Source of the DNA: Candidatus Poribacteria bacterium
GTDB taxonomy: Bacteria > Poribacteria > WGA-4E > PCPOR2b
Assembly: GCA_965208325.1 (NCBI GenBank)
Contig: OZ242326.1
Span: forward strand, 1,184,001-1,248,000
Direction of reading: 5' to 3'
DNA length: 64,000 nt
In this document: in pieces, positions 22,017 to 32,035 of the stretch
Position numbering within the stretch: the stretch's first letter is position 1
Layout: each line of letters begins with the position of its first letter
Translations under genes and position numbers: made by a program
The notes under the pieces: model-generated
Told to the model about the DNA's origin: nothing
The model's input: the letters and a program-made list of their open reading frames with translations, nothing else
The model's database searches: none

Positions 22017-22760
22017 TCATGATGCTGTTTTAATCTCTCCCCATATCGTTGTAAGATTGCTACCAGGTTGGATCTGTAGTGCATCTTTCAAAAATAGTAT
22101 CTCGTCAGCAATCTGAAGGTCATCGAAGTACACATCTGCACCGGGGCTTTCCCATTTGCCAACCTGCCGAAAATAATGCCCTCCGCCCTCCATCTTGTCG
22201 CCTAATGCACCGCCGCGGTTCTTGATAAAGGACGTGTCCTCGAAAACGATTACCGGTTCTTCTCCTTCGGCTTCAACGTAACAGTCAAAAGTCTGGTTCT
22301 TCAAGTTAATCTCCGTTTTTAACCGGTACCATGTGCGGGGTTCCAAGTTTACGGGCTTCGCAGGCTGAGGAAATCCGTTAATCGCATAAACCATCAGATT
22401 GTCTGCGCGGATTCCGATATGCGGGCCGACCCATCCCCACACATCGTTTGTCCAAACATGAATGTGGTGTAGATGAGGATCACCACGCAGGGTGCCATCG
22501 ACGTAAAACCAGATAGCATCATCGATTCGGTCCTTTTTTGGCAGGTCCAGTGGCACCCGTGCACTAGGAACCCCAACGCCTTTCCCAGTGCTCAATATGC
22601 TGTGGTTTCCACTATGGGCTTTTTTATCGGAAATCGCCATACCCTGAAATGCCCAGTCGGCTGCGCCGTCTTCAAAACCCTGCTCATAAAATACCTCAAC
22701 GCCGCTAAGTGTCGCGGGAATTATCATTCCAAACGTCAACAACAGCACGATTCTCTTCAT
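22017..22760 (-). CDS. secreted lectin-like/jelly-roll protein with conserved C-terminal WG tail
   Basis: Signal peptide; FEDG, WYRLK, VYFDDLQI; tail IQPGSNLTTIWGEIK; SD AAGGAGG. Confidence 0.7.
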   Translation of the reverse strand: MKRIVLLLTFGMIIPATLSGVEVFYEQGFEDGAADWAFQGMAISDKKAHSGNHSILSTGKGVGVPSARVPLDLPKKDRIDDAIWFYVDGTLRGDPHLHHIHVWTNDVWGWVGPHIGIRADNLMVYAINGFPQPAKPVNLEPRTWYRLKTEINLKNQTFDCYVEAEGEEPVIVFEDTSFIKNRGGALGDKMEGGGHYFRQVGKWESPGADVYFDDLQIADEILFLKDALQIQPGSNLTTIWGEIKTAS

Positions 22761-22924
22761 CGAAGTTTCCTCCTTCATGGAATGTGCGGAAATTCTGAAA
22801 CTAGCAGTATTTTACCACAAACAAAACCTTGTTATTTGCAACATCATATATTCTCCCGTTTTCTACGGTTACCACGTACCGGTGCGCTCTTTATGCGATG
22901 TGTCTTGCAATCGTGTCTGCCGGC

Positions 22925-24088
22925 TTAATCGTCAATTGTCAGTGTTTCCATGTTTTCCAATGCCTGTTCTAAGAGAGCGTCAGTTTCTAGATTTAGCTCT
23001 GCTTCCCTCACCGACTCAATTGAAGCGTTGGTAGCGGGATGATCGGGGACGAATAGGGAGCAGCAATCGTCGTGCGGCAGCGTAGATATTTCAAACGTCT
23101 CGATCCGCTGAGCGAGTCGGATAATCTCCTCCTTGTCATCGCCGATGAGTGGACGTAGGATCGGTATCTCAACTGCATCTTCGATGGCTCTGAGATTCCC
23201 AAGTGTTTGGGAAGCGACTTGTCCAAGGCTCTCCCCCGTGACTAAGGCATCCGCTTTAACAACCTTTGCAATCTGCTGCGCAATTCGAGCCATGAAGCGC
23301 CGGTAAAGAATCACCCGAAACGGCGCTGGTGTTTTAGTCACAATTTCGCGCTGAATGTCCGCAAATGGCACCAGATAAACAAGTGTGCGATAGTTCCAAA
23401 TCGCCAAAAGCTGAGCCAGCGCTTTTACCTTTTCGAGTGAGGCTTTGTCCGTATACGGATAACTGTAAAAGTGAATGTGGCTGACTTTCGCGCCGCGTCT
23501 CATCATTCGCCATGCCGCAATAGGCGAATCAATTCCCCCCGAGAGCATCACAAGCACTTTTCCGCTAACGCCAACTGGCAGCCCGCCGATTCCCTGAATT
23601 TTCTCGGCACGGATATACGCGGCTTTTTCAACTACCTCAATTTGACACAATAATTCCGGATCGCGCATGTTCGCACGTGCGCCGGTATGTTCTATCAGGT
23701 AACCCCCCACCGCAGCACTAATTTCCGGTGAAGTCATCGGAAAATCCTTGTTCGCACGCTTGGTTTCAACCTTAAGCGTCTTAAACACCTTGTCCCGTAT
23801 CCACTCGAGCGCAGTAGTCTGGATTGCCTCAATGTTCTGTTCGGTGACACAAGCAAGCGCGTAATGGGCAATCCCCATTACTTTTCCCAACTTTTCCCGT
23901 ATCGCCGTAACGTCACATTCTGGTTGGATTGGGACCAGTATCCGCCCGTATATGCGTTTTACGTCTGCGCATCCCGAACCTTTTAGTGAACGCCTGATGT
24001 TTTGAACCAGCTTATTTTCAAAGAAAGACCTGTTCTTCCCCTTTAGTCCGACTTCTCCGTAGTGAACCAGAAACACCCTATCCATCAT
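22925..24088 (-). CDS. thiI: tRNA 4-thiouridine synthase ThiI (short form, no rhodanese domain)
   Basis: YGEVGLKGKNR, THUMP domain, LSGGIDSP, GESLGQVASQT, DCC. Confidence 0.95.
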   Translation of the reverse strand: MMDRVFLVHYGEVGLKGKNRSFFENKLVQNIRRSLKGSGCADVKRIYGRILVPIQPECDVTAIREKLGKVMGIAHYALACVTEQNIEAIQTTALEWIRDKVFKTLKVETKRANKDFPMTSPEISAAVGGYLIEHTGARANMRDPELLCQIEVVEKAAYIRAEKIQGIGGLPVGVSGKVLVMLSGGIDSPIAAWRMMRRGAKVSHIHFYSYPYTDKASLEKVKALAQLLAIWNYRTLVYLVPFADIQREIVTKTPAPFRVILYRRFMARIAQQIAKVVKADALVTGESLGQVASQTLGNLRAIEDAVEIPILRPLIGDDKEEIIRLAQRIETFEISTLPHDDCCSLFVPDHPATNASIESVREAELNLETDALLEQALENMETLTIDD

Positions 24089-24114
24089 GTATACCCTTCA
24101 TTTCCCGTCCCGCC

Positions 24115-24173
24115 GTAGGCAGGGCTCCTTACGCCACTACACACACCGTACGCGGGGCATCTCGCCGCGCTAC
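24115..24173 (+). repeat. degenerate tandem pair of family-A GTAG REP-like elements
   Basis: GTAGGCAGGGCTCCTTACGCCACTAC and GTACGCGGGGCATCTCGCCGCGCTAC; share the core GCGGGGCATCT with 12891. Confidence 0.55.
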
Positions 24174-24175
24174 TC

Positions 24176-25222
24176 TCAAAGTGGGCGCGTCATAACCGTC
24201 CCCCGCTCTCCCTCCGCACCCTCGACTTCAAATCGATCGGGCAAAAACTGCTGAACCAACCAAATATTCGTCGTGAGATGTCGCGATATTTGCGAAGTGG
24301 TAAAACAACTTTCCCCGTCGGAAAGCGCCATGGGTAAAATGAGTTGATCGGAAAGGTGCGGGTCAATCGCTGCCCCCGATTCCAAGAAATCAATCAGAGC
24401 TAGACAGGCCTCATCGGCAACCTGTTCGGCAGGTTTGCCGCGTTTCCCCAGTGCCGAAAATCCCGCTTGCGCACGCTCAAATTCCGCAATTAGTAAAACA
24501 AGCGTTCCCTTTCCAACAGATTTTGTCTCTACCATTTCGATAGAAATGCGCGGGGCGAATGGCGCTAAGCGCGCCATACACTGATCCTGCTGGCGGATCG
24601 CAACGTGCCTGGGCAAATTAGAAACGGCGGAAATGCCCCGAATCAATTTCAATGCGCCCCGCTCACTCAAGTTTACGCCGCACCAGTTGGAAACCGGTTG
24701 AATACTCGCAGTTGCTTCTCCACCCCCGTTTGGATACCAGCCCCACCGTTTCAACTTCAATGAGCCTTGAAATCCAAACCTCGCCAGCGTAGGGATGAAA
24801 ATCGTCTGAAGGTAATGCGTGTTTGGGCTGTAAGGTACATGCGTCCCACCCCGCAGCGTCACGGTTGACGGTGCATCAGCGTATGTAAGCGGGAGGGCAA
24901 TGGACTGAAAGACCAGCGATAGTGCCCCGGCGCTTGGACGGACATCAGCCACGTCAAAGCTGTAGTTACCGGCGCGAATCCGCTGCGGAACAAAGGTTAA
25001 TGTTTGCGAACCAAGCGTATCGCCAGCCACTTCCGCGTTTGTAATCGCCGTCACCGCATTAACCGTGGTGAGATGTTGTGCCGCCAGGCCCGGTTTTTTG
25101 CGTCTCGAACGGATTTTCGTCAAACGGATGGGCTGTCCGAGAATCGCCGACAAACTTAAGCTCGATCGCAAAATCTGTCCGCCACCCTCGCCGTAATCGC
25201 CATCAATTTCTAGAAATCTCAT
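24176..25222 (-). CDS. rtcA: RNA 3'-terminal phosphate cyclase
   Basis: GEGGGQILRSSL, PGLAAQH, GGTHV, GWYPNGGG, catalytic His in DPHLSDQL, HLTTN. Confidence 0.95.
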   Translation of the reverse strand: MRFLEIDGDYGEGGGQILRSSLSLSAILGQPIRLTKIRSRRKKPGLAAQHLTTVNAVTAITNAEVAGDTLGSQTLTFVPQRIRAGNYSFDVADVRPSAGALSLVFQSIALPLTYADAPSTVTLRGGTHVPYSPNTHYLQTIFIPTLARFGFQGSLKLKRWGWYPNGGGEATASIQPVSNWCGVNLSERGALKLIRGISAVSNLPRHVAIRQQDQCMARLAPFAPRISIEMVETKSVGKGTLVLLIAEFERAQAGFSALGKRGKPAEQVADEACLALIDFLESGAAIDPHLSDQLILPMALSDGESCFTTSQISRHLTTNIWLVQQFLPDRFEVEGAEGERGTVMTRPL

Positions 25223-27888
25223 GACGCACTGTCAATAATTTCCGCATGCCCCAGCGCTTCTGCCAGTGTATGCTTAATTGCTGCAATCCGATCAGGCGAT
25301 GTAGTTTTTGTCCCATCTTCCTCCGTAACGTAGAACGAATCAATTGCAGTAAATGCTCTCGTCGTAACCTTAGCCAAGCGAATCCCCAAATCCAGTTCAT
25401 AAAATACATTTGAAATCGTGTAAAGTAAGCCGACCCGATCCGGTACACGAATATCGACAATGATGGCATAATCCGAACTCGTACTGTCAATCCGAATTTC
25501 TGAAGGGCTGCTGCGGCGCTGCAGATGCGCCGGAAAACTGGAATCACCCCGCTCTTTAAGCAGTGCTTCTACTGCTTTCTCCCCTCTCCAAACGGCTCTT
25601 AGAGTTTCCGCAAATTGATTACACTGATTTAAAGAAATCCCTTGCAAAGAGATGTCTCTCATGGATTCATCAGAACGCCCAACCGCTACATTGAGCATAT
25701 CAATAACAATCCCATCCCTTCGCGTGTTGACGACAGCGCTCAAGATGTTAATATCCTCGGCAGCGAGAACGCCTGTAATTCCCCGAAATATGCCTCGCGC
25801 ATCACGTGTGCAAACTCCGATTTGCGTATAGGTCTCCATTTCTTCAAAACAGGAAACTGGAACCGGATCTGATTTCAATTGTTCAACTAACTGAATCTGT
25901 TTGCCTATTGAGTCCGGAGTCTGCGAAATTAACTCCTGCTCGGGCATCATCTTAAAGTGTTGCGTGATCTCGGCCTCACCGACGGTTCCCCCCATAAACC
26001 GCGTGACCTGTTCCTTCAAATCATCCAACTTCAATGAATCTTGTTTGCCCTCCAGATGTTTCAAAGTCCGCGTATACAGCTTTGACAGCAGCGTCGAATT
26101 CCATTCATTCCAGATTGACGGATTGACTGCTCGCATGTCCGCAAACGTCAGGAGGTAAAGCATCTTCAAATGCTGTTCATCACCCACTAACCCGGCAAAT
26201 CGTTCAATCTCTGCCGGATCGTCCACATCGCGCTGTTGCGCTGTGTAGCTCATTTCTCGATGCCGCAAAATCAGAAACAACACCATCTCTTGGTCAACAT
26301 CGTTCAGCCCCAACCGGTTCAGTGCACCCTTTGCCATCTCAACGCTTCGGACATCATGCCCTCCTATTGGCCCGTCAACGCCTTTTCCCACGTCATGTAA
26401 TAAGAGCGCCAACCGTAGCATTGCCGGCTTTTTCAACCCGTTCAATATTTCCAGAAATACGTTTCCATCTTTTAAATCCCTCAACACGCCTTCATCCAAA
26501 TTTTCAATGGCATACATTGTGTGTTCATCAACGGTATATTGATGATACCGATCAAATCGAATCAGCGATCGTACCTTTCCAAACTCAGGCAGGTAAGAAT
26601 CCAACACTTGCCAGCGGTGCATCCGGCGCAGCACCTCGGCAACGGCTGTCGGATAACTTAGGATTGAAAGGAAACATTTGGCGTTTTCCAATAGACGGCG
26701 AAACTCGTCATCAATGAGATTTAGGTTGGCTGCAATCTGTTGACGAATAATGGCGCTAATTCGCCGATTGAGTTGTTGACGATGTACAAACACCTTCATC
26801 ATTCGACTCGGGTCGTTCGTAAAATCCGATTGGCCCGGCTGGAAACTTATCTCATTGCGCACGACAGCAAATCCGTCAGGCAGCCGTTTGGTCAGCATTC
26901 GATTAATTAGCCGAAACAGCTTGGATTCGTTATGTTTCACCCGGTCTATTATCAGCTTTGCAAATTCAAAAAGGTGCTCAGCGTGAAGATAGTAATCGCG
27001 CATAAGATCTTCTTCAGCTAGGGTGTGATCCTTATCCCTGTAACCCAAATTTTTTGCCACGGTTTCTTGGACCTCAAACGTCAGTTGATCGTTCCTTCTC
27101 TGGTTGACGTAATGCAGCTCATTACGCAATCGCCAAAGAAAATCGAGCGCAGTTTCACACGCATCTGATTCCGTTTGGATAATCATACCCCGGTTGGCGA
27201 GACCCGGTAAATCTTTTACCCCATATCGAACTGCCGCAATCCAAATCGCTGTGTGAAAATCCCTAAGTCCTCCGACGCTTTCCTTAATGTTTGGTTCTTG
27301 TAGATAAATCGAGGCGCCGTAAGATTCATGGCGCTCGTTCCATTCCTGTATTTTCTGTGCGATAAATTTCCCAACCCGCCTTTTAAAAAAATGCTTTGAT
27401 GTGTGCACCTGAAATTTACGGTAAATCGCCCTTGACCCAACGATATAACGCGCATCCAGCATTGACGTCTTTGAAAAAATGTCCTCGTACGTTGCGCGGA
27501 TACACTCTTTAATCGATCGGCAGCTATGTCCAACCTCAAAGCCCGCATCCCATAGCACCGTTATCAACTGGGACGCAAACGGTTGTATTTCTTTAGCGTT
27601 CATCCGTGAGGCATCATATACCAACATTATGTCAATATCTGAATATGGATTCAATTCTTCTCGCCCATACCCTCCCAATGCAAGAATTGCAAGGTAAGGT
27701 TCTTGAGGTAAAATGTTATCTTGTATTGCCGCGTAATAAATCCGTTGGATAACGTTATCCGTGAGTCGCGTGTACTCCTCGACAATCTCTTTGCCGCCGA
27801 TGCCGAACTGGTGGCGTGAGTAGATTCGTTCGCGCTCTTTTGCGCAGAAATCCTTCAAATCTTCAACATGCGCACGATCCTGTTGCAT
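25219..27888 (-). CDS. glnD: [protein-PII] uridylyltransferase
   Basis: ALGGYGR, PYSDIDI, EPNIKESVGGLRD, YTVDEH, LLHDVGKG, two C-terminal ACT domains (DRVGLL). Confidence 0.96.
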   Translation of the reverse strand: MQQDRAHVEDLKDFCAKERERIYSRHQFGIGGKEIVEEYTRLTDNVIQRIYYAAIQDNILPQEPYLAILALGGYGREELNPYSDIDIMLVYDASRMNAKEIQPFASQLITVLWDAGFEVGHSCRSIKECIRATYEDIFSKTSMLDARYIVGSRAIYRKFQVHTSKHFFKRRVGKFIAQKIQEWNERHESYGASIYLQEPNIKESVGGLRDFHTAIWIAAVRYGVKDLPGLANRGMIIQTESDACETALDFLWRLRNELHYVNQRRNDQLTFEVQETVAKNLGYRDKDHTLAEEDLMRDYYLHAEHLFEFAKLIIDRVKHNESKLFRLINRMLTKRLPDGFAVVRNEISFQPGQSDFTNDPSRMMKVFVHRQQLNRRISAIIRQQIAANLNLIDDEFRRLLENAKCFLSILSYPTAVAEVLRRMHRWQVLDSYLPEFGKVRSLIRFDRYHQYTVDEHTMYAIENLDEGVLRDLKDGNVFLEILNGLKKPAMLRLALLLHDVGKGVDGPIGGHDVRSVEMAKGALNRLGLNDVDQEMVLFLILRHREMSYTAQQRDVDDPAEIERFAGLVGDEQHLKMLYLLTFADMRAVNPSIWNEWNSTLLSKLYTRTLKHLEGKQDSLKLDDLKEQVTRFMGGTVGEAEITQHFKMMPEQELISQTPDSIGKQIQLVEQLKSDPVPVSCFEEMETYTQIGVCTRDARGIFRGITGVLAAEDINILSAVVNTRRDGIVIDMLNVAVGRSDESMRDISLQGISLNQCNQFAETLRAVWRGEKAVEALLKERGDSSFPAHLQRRSSPSEIRIDSTSSDYAIIVDIRVPDRVGLLYTISNVFYELDLGIRLAKVTTRAFTAIDSFYVTEEDGTKTTSPDRIAAIKHTLAEALGHAEIIDSAS

Positions 27889-27974
27889 CTATTTTCTCCA
27901 ATTTGAAATAATCCAGTTATGTGGCAACAACGTCCGCGGGAGAGGCTCTCTAACCGCAATGCCCCACGTGTAAA

Positions 27975-29330
27975 CTACCAACCATACAATAATAGGATAA
28001 ACATGAGGACTGGCAATAAAACAAATAGAATCTTTACTTCCACCAAATATCCCTGATAGCGTAATGAACGTGAATCTTTTTCCTCATACCGGTCAATTAA
28101 CTCGATTCGCCGATGGATCGAAGGATGTGTGTGGAAAATTTCAAAAACTCGTTGAATCGAATACGGAATAAAATTCAACCGCGAAAGCCGGCAGAGCGCG
28201 GATTTGAATGCCTCTGGGTTGCCGGTAAGCTCCACTGCATAAAGGTCCGCTTGGTGTTCAAATCGTCTCGAAAGGTAACCAAATAAGAGGACAAAGTAAA
28301 GGAAAAGGAAGACTATTGCCTCAATTGATGTCAGGATGGCGGATTCAGGCAAGAGCGACAATATCGGTCCGCCAACGTAGATAGAAAAGATTGCATATCC
28401 GAGAAAATATGTCATCGAAAAGATGAAATAGGTTGGGATATGATTGTAACGCACATGCCCAAACTCATGCGCAACAATGGTTTCAATCTCGTCATCGGAA
28501 AAATGGGTCAACAACGCATCGGTCAAGAATATTTGGCGCGACCATCGGACGATTCCAGCGACTGCCGCATTCGCTATAGACAATGACCCTGTTTGCCAAA
28601 CAACTATCTTTTTGTACCTTATTTTACCTTGTACCGCGAGACGGCTAATCTTTTCTTTTAAGCTCATGTCAGCCAGCGGGAGCATTTTACCGATTCGGCT
28701 CACTAATAGCGGCGCGTAAATGTACATAAGCAGAACAAGAAGAGCCATAAGGGCTAAAAATAGATATGTATGTTCGACAAAGAATCGCTCCGTTTCCGGG
28801 AAGCCGTCGATCAAATCAAGCAGTATAAAATAGATCAATAAAGGCAGCAGCGGAAAAATCAAGAATTTAAAGTGGACGCTTAGAAACTCAAGCCTTTTTG
28901 CCGTACTGCGGCGCGCACTTCGGTCAATCTCATAAAGTGCTAGACGAATAAGCATCAACCCGGCGATAAGGGGAAGAATTGAAAAGGCATGGCGAATGCG
29001 GGGCAAATTGACGAAGTGTAAGGTTTGATGGACGAGAACCGGAAAATTCAAGATGTAAACATTACAGACAAAACCGGCGATGCCCAAAAGGTCGAATCCA
29101 ATCGCTGCCTGATTAATGCGAAAACGCCGGTGCAGAAAATCGGCTGAATTGCTAGCAAGGGTTTTAGTGGTAAACCTTCCAAGTAAATATAAAAGAACAG
29201 ATGGTGTAACGGTCGACGCTGCAGTAAACAGGAGAATAAGGCTGCGATAAATTTCTCTGTCATTTATTGTAGGTTCGAAGGAGAATAGAAAGATAAACCC
29301 AGCGATTAGTATAAGGCTAATCTGCCTCAC
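27975..29330 (-). CDS. M48 family membrane metallopeptidase
   Basis: HEFGH, RRFEHQAD, THPS...RI; multiple TM segments. Confidence 0.88.
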   Translation of the reverse strand: MRQISLILIAGFIFLFSFEPTINDREIYRSLILLFTAASTVTPSVLLYLLGRFTTKTLASNSADFLHRRFRINQAAIGFDLLGIAGFVCNVYILNFPVLVHQTLHFVNLPRIRHAFSILPLIAGLMLIRLALYEIDRSARRSTAKRLEFLSVHFKFLIFPLLPLLIYFILLDLIDGFPETERFFVEHTYLFLALMALLVLLMYIYAPLLVSRIGKMLPLADMSLKEKISRLAVQGKIRYKKIVVWQTGSLSIANAAVAGIVRWSRQIFLTDALLTHFSDDEIETIVAHEFGHVRYNHIPTYFIFSMTYFLGYAIFSIYVGGPILSLLPESAILTSIEAIVFLFLYFVLLFGYLSRRFEHQADLYAVELTGNPEAFKSALCRLSRLNFIPYSIQRVFEIFHTHPSIHRRIELIDRYEEKDSRSLRYQGYLVEVKILFVLLPVLMFILLLYGW

Positions 29331-29438
29331 TTTGTTTCCCTTCCAACTTGCACATTCTCTTCTTGTCAGTGTAAATGTATCTCGGCGCGACCGGCTAAAT
29401 TTTTGGGCGGGGAGATTTGAATTGCCGAACGGCTGGAA

Positions 29439-29750
29439 TTACATATTCATCTGAATCTCTTTGGATTTTGCCATCGCTTCCTCCGCTTCGGGAATCATGC
29501 CCTTGCGTTGATAACAGACGGATAAACTCGTGTAATTCAGCGGATCATTCGGGTTAACTTCGATCGATTTCTTAATCGCTTCAATCGCATCGTCGTACCT
29601 ACCCATTCTCTCATAAGTGTGTCCGAGTCCAACGTACCCGTCCGCATAATCCGGGTACTGATTGATGAGGTCATTGAATGCGTCAATAGCCGCGTCGAGT
29701 TCGTTATTTCCAAAATAGGATAGCGCTCGATCGTAAAGTTCCTCTTTCAA
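29439..29750 (-). CDS. small TPR protein (TTG start)
   Basis: Tandem TPR motifs (GLGHTYERMGRYDDAI; SLSVCYQRKG); SD GAGGAG. Confidence 0.85.
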   Translation of the reverse strand: MKEELYDRALSYFGNNELDAAIDAFNDLINQYPDYADGYVGLGHTYERMGRYDDAIEAIKKSIEVNPNDPLNYTSLSVCYQRKGMIPEAEEAMAKSKEIQMNM

Positions 29751-30029
29751 CAGAAATCTCCTCTCTTTTCCAATTTAAAATGGCCATCTAAGCAGAATGT
29801 GGATATTCGAAACGCTTTTCGCCTGCGCACTTGCCAAGCACGATGTTATCAGAGGCGCAAGATTTCCTACTTCAGCTTTATCGAAGCAGGACATCTTTCG
29901 GGGGAAATGTCCCGGTATCAATTAGTAAATAACGCAATTCTATCGTCAAATCGAGTGGTTTCTTGAAAACTCGGTTTCTTTAACGGTGCAGCATGGCAAA
30001 TCAATATTTGGGTTGATTTTATCACGGCT

Positions 30030-30059
30030 ATTCTAACAGAAGCCTAGCTGAAAAGTCAA
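30030..30059 (-). promoter_or_regulatory. sigma70-type promoter facing the TPR gene
   Basis: Minus strand TTGACT-N18-TAGAAT with extended -10 TG. Confidence 0.55.
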
Positions 30060-30081
30060 CGCCAAAACCTGCCGATTTCGT

Positions 30082-30110
30082 TTGACTGTCTACCGTGTGA
30101 TTGGTATAAT
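30082..30110 (+). promoter_or_regulatory. sigma70-type promoter for the cyclophilin gene
   Basis: TTGACT-N17-TATAAT. Confidence 0.7.
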
Positions 30111-30139
30111 TAAGTCGGTCCAAATAGGGCGAATTCGAT

Positions 30140-30679
30140 ATGATCTGGATAGTACGATATTCGATAACTTCCGGTGTTATCTTTCTAATTCTCATAACTT
30201 ACTGTGGTTGCGGAAAGTCAAATCCAGTCGCAATCATTGAGACCAACAAAGGGAAAATTGCAGTCGAACTTCTCAATGAAGCGGCACCACAAACGGTCGA
30301 GAACTTTATTAACCTCATTCAGCAGGGGTTCTATGATGGTCTCACATTTCATCGGTATGAACCCGGCTTTGTGATACAAGGTGGCGATCCGAAGGGTGAT
30401 GGGTCTGGCGGTCCGCCGTGGAAAATCCCCGGAGAGTTTCAAATCCCTGAACTTCGTGAGAAGATGCCCAGGCACGAAAAGGGTGTCGTTGCAATGGCGA
30501 GAACCGCCAATCCCGATTCCGCTGGAAGCCAGTTCTACATCTGCCTGAATCCAGATCCTAATCGCTATCGTCATCTTGAAGGCAAATACACAACTTTTGG
30601 ACGCGTAATTGAAGGTTCGGATGTGGTTGTTCTGCTGCGAAAGGGAGATAAGATGAATCGGGTAAAACTGAAGCGTTAG
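30140..30679 (+). CDS. cyclophilin-type peptidyl-prolyl cis-trans isomerase (probable lipoprotein)
   Basis: GFYDGLTFHR, FVIQGGDP, AMAR, SAGSQFYI, YTTFGRV. Confidence 0.93.
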   Translation: MIWIVRYSITSGVIFLILITYCGCGKSNPVAIIETNKGKIAVELLNEAAPQTVENFINLIQQGFYDGLTFHRYEPGFVIQGGDPKGDGSGGPPWKIPGEFQIPELREKMPRHEKGVVAMARTANPDSAGSQFYICLNPDPNRYRHLEGKYTTFGRVIEGSDVVVLLRKGDKMNRVKLKR

Positions 30680-30812
30680 CACGCCAATTCAACCCACGGC
30701 ATGAGATGTCGTTACAAATTAAATTGGGTGCGCCCAAATCGCGGGCCGCAAAAATTTAGGGTTAGCTATTCCTAACGCTCAACACCTGCTTTAGAAAGGA
30801 CTTTAATTTCGA

Positions 30813-31874
30813 ATGGAAGATTGGAAACAACTGGTGCGTAATTCCGTGAATACGCCTGAAAAACTTGCCTCTATCTTTGATGTTGACCTCGAAGAGATGC
30901 GGCGGGTTCACGAAGTATTTCCAATTCGCATCAATCCCTACTATCTGAGTCTGATTGAGAAACCCGGTGACCCAATCTGGAGGCAGGTTGTTCCCGATCC
31001 GAAGGAACTCGTCAGAACGGGCGTTGAAGAAGACGACCCGCTGCATGAAGAGGACGACAGTAAAGTCCCCAATGTTACACATCGTTATCCGGACCGCGCC
31101 CTGTTTTATGTCAACTACATGTGTCCAATCTATTGCCGGTTTTGTACACGGAAACGCAAGGTTGGCGACCCAGGATCCATCCCTGATGGAAGTATTGAGA
31201 TGGGCTTGCAGTATCTCCGTGAACATACCGAGGTGCGCGATGTGATAATATCCGGCGGCGATCCGCTCATGTTGACTGACCGCAAAATCGAATACGTCGT
31301 GGGTGGACTTCGAGCAATCGAACACATTGAGATAATTCGTATCGGTACCCGAGTGCCGGTGACATTACCGCAGCGCATCACGCCCGAACTATGCCAAATC
31401 CTCAAAAAACACCATCCCTTCTACATCAACACACACTTCAACCACCCTCGTGAAATTACGCCGGAAACCACGGAAGCGTGCGCAAGGTTAGCGGATGCTG
31501 GAATACCGCTCGGCAACCAGTGCGTGCTGCTGCGGGGCGTCAACGATGATTCTACAGTCATGGCTGAGCTGATGAAGAAACTCCTCAAAATCCGCGTGAA
31601 GCCTTACTATATCTATCAGGCGGATCTCGTGTATGGAACCGATCACTTCCGCACATCTGTAAAAAAAGGACTTGAAATTGTCGCCGCATTACGCGGTCAT
31701 ATCTCTGGGTTAGGCGTTCCGCATTATGTCATTGATGCTCCCGGCGGCGGCGGTAAAATTGCGCTAATTCCGAATTCAATTGTGTCGTTCGACGATGAAG
31801 AAATCAAGCTCAGGAATTACGAAGGCAACGTGTATGGTTATCCAAGTATGCCTTTCTACGACGAGGACTGGTAA
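30813..31874 (+). CDS. KamA-family radical SAM aminomutase (lysine 2,3-aminomutase-like)
   Basis: HRYPDR, CPIYCRFCTRKR, SGGDPL, HFNHP, PYYIYQAD, PLP-lysine in APGGGGKI. Confidence 0.92.
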   Translation: MEDWKQLVRNSVNTPEKLASIFDVDLEEMRRVHEVFPIRINPYYLSLIEKPGDPIWRQVVPDPKELVRTGVEEDDPLHEEDDSKVPNVTHRYPDRALFYVNYMCPIYCRFCTRKRKVGDPGSIPDGSIEMGLQYLREHTEVRDVIISGGDPLMLTDRKIEYVVGGLRAIEHIEIIRIGTRVPVTLPQRITPELCQILKKHHPFYINTHFNHPREITPETTEACARLADAGIPLGNQCVLLRGVNDDSTVMAELMKKLLKIRVKPYYIYQADLVYGTDHFRTSVKKGLEIVAALRGHISGLGVPHYVIDAPGGGGKIALIPNSIVSFDDEEIKLRNYEGNVYGYPSMPFYDEDW

Positions 31875-32035
31875 AATATTATCCACAACTAACGCACATA
31901 AGTAATGAAGGGCATGGGAGAGAATCACTACGAAAAGAAATCATACGGTTACTGTCCCAAACACCAGCGCGGCCGCAATGCTCGCACACATATCGGTTTT
32001 GTGCGGATACGTGATGACTTTAGGAGTAGACTGTC

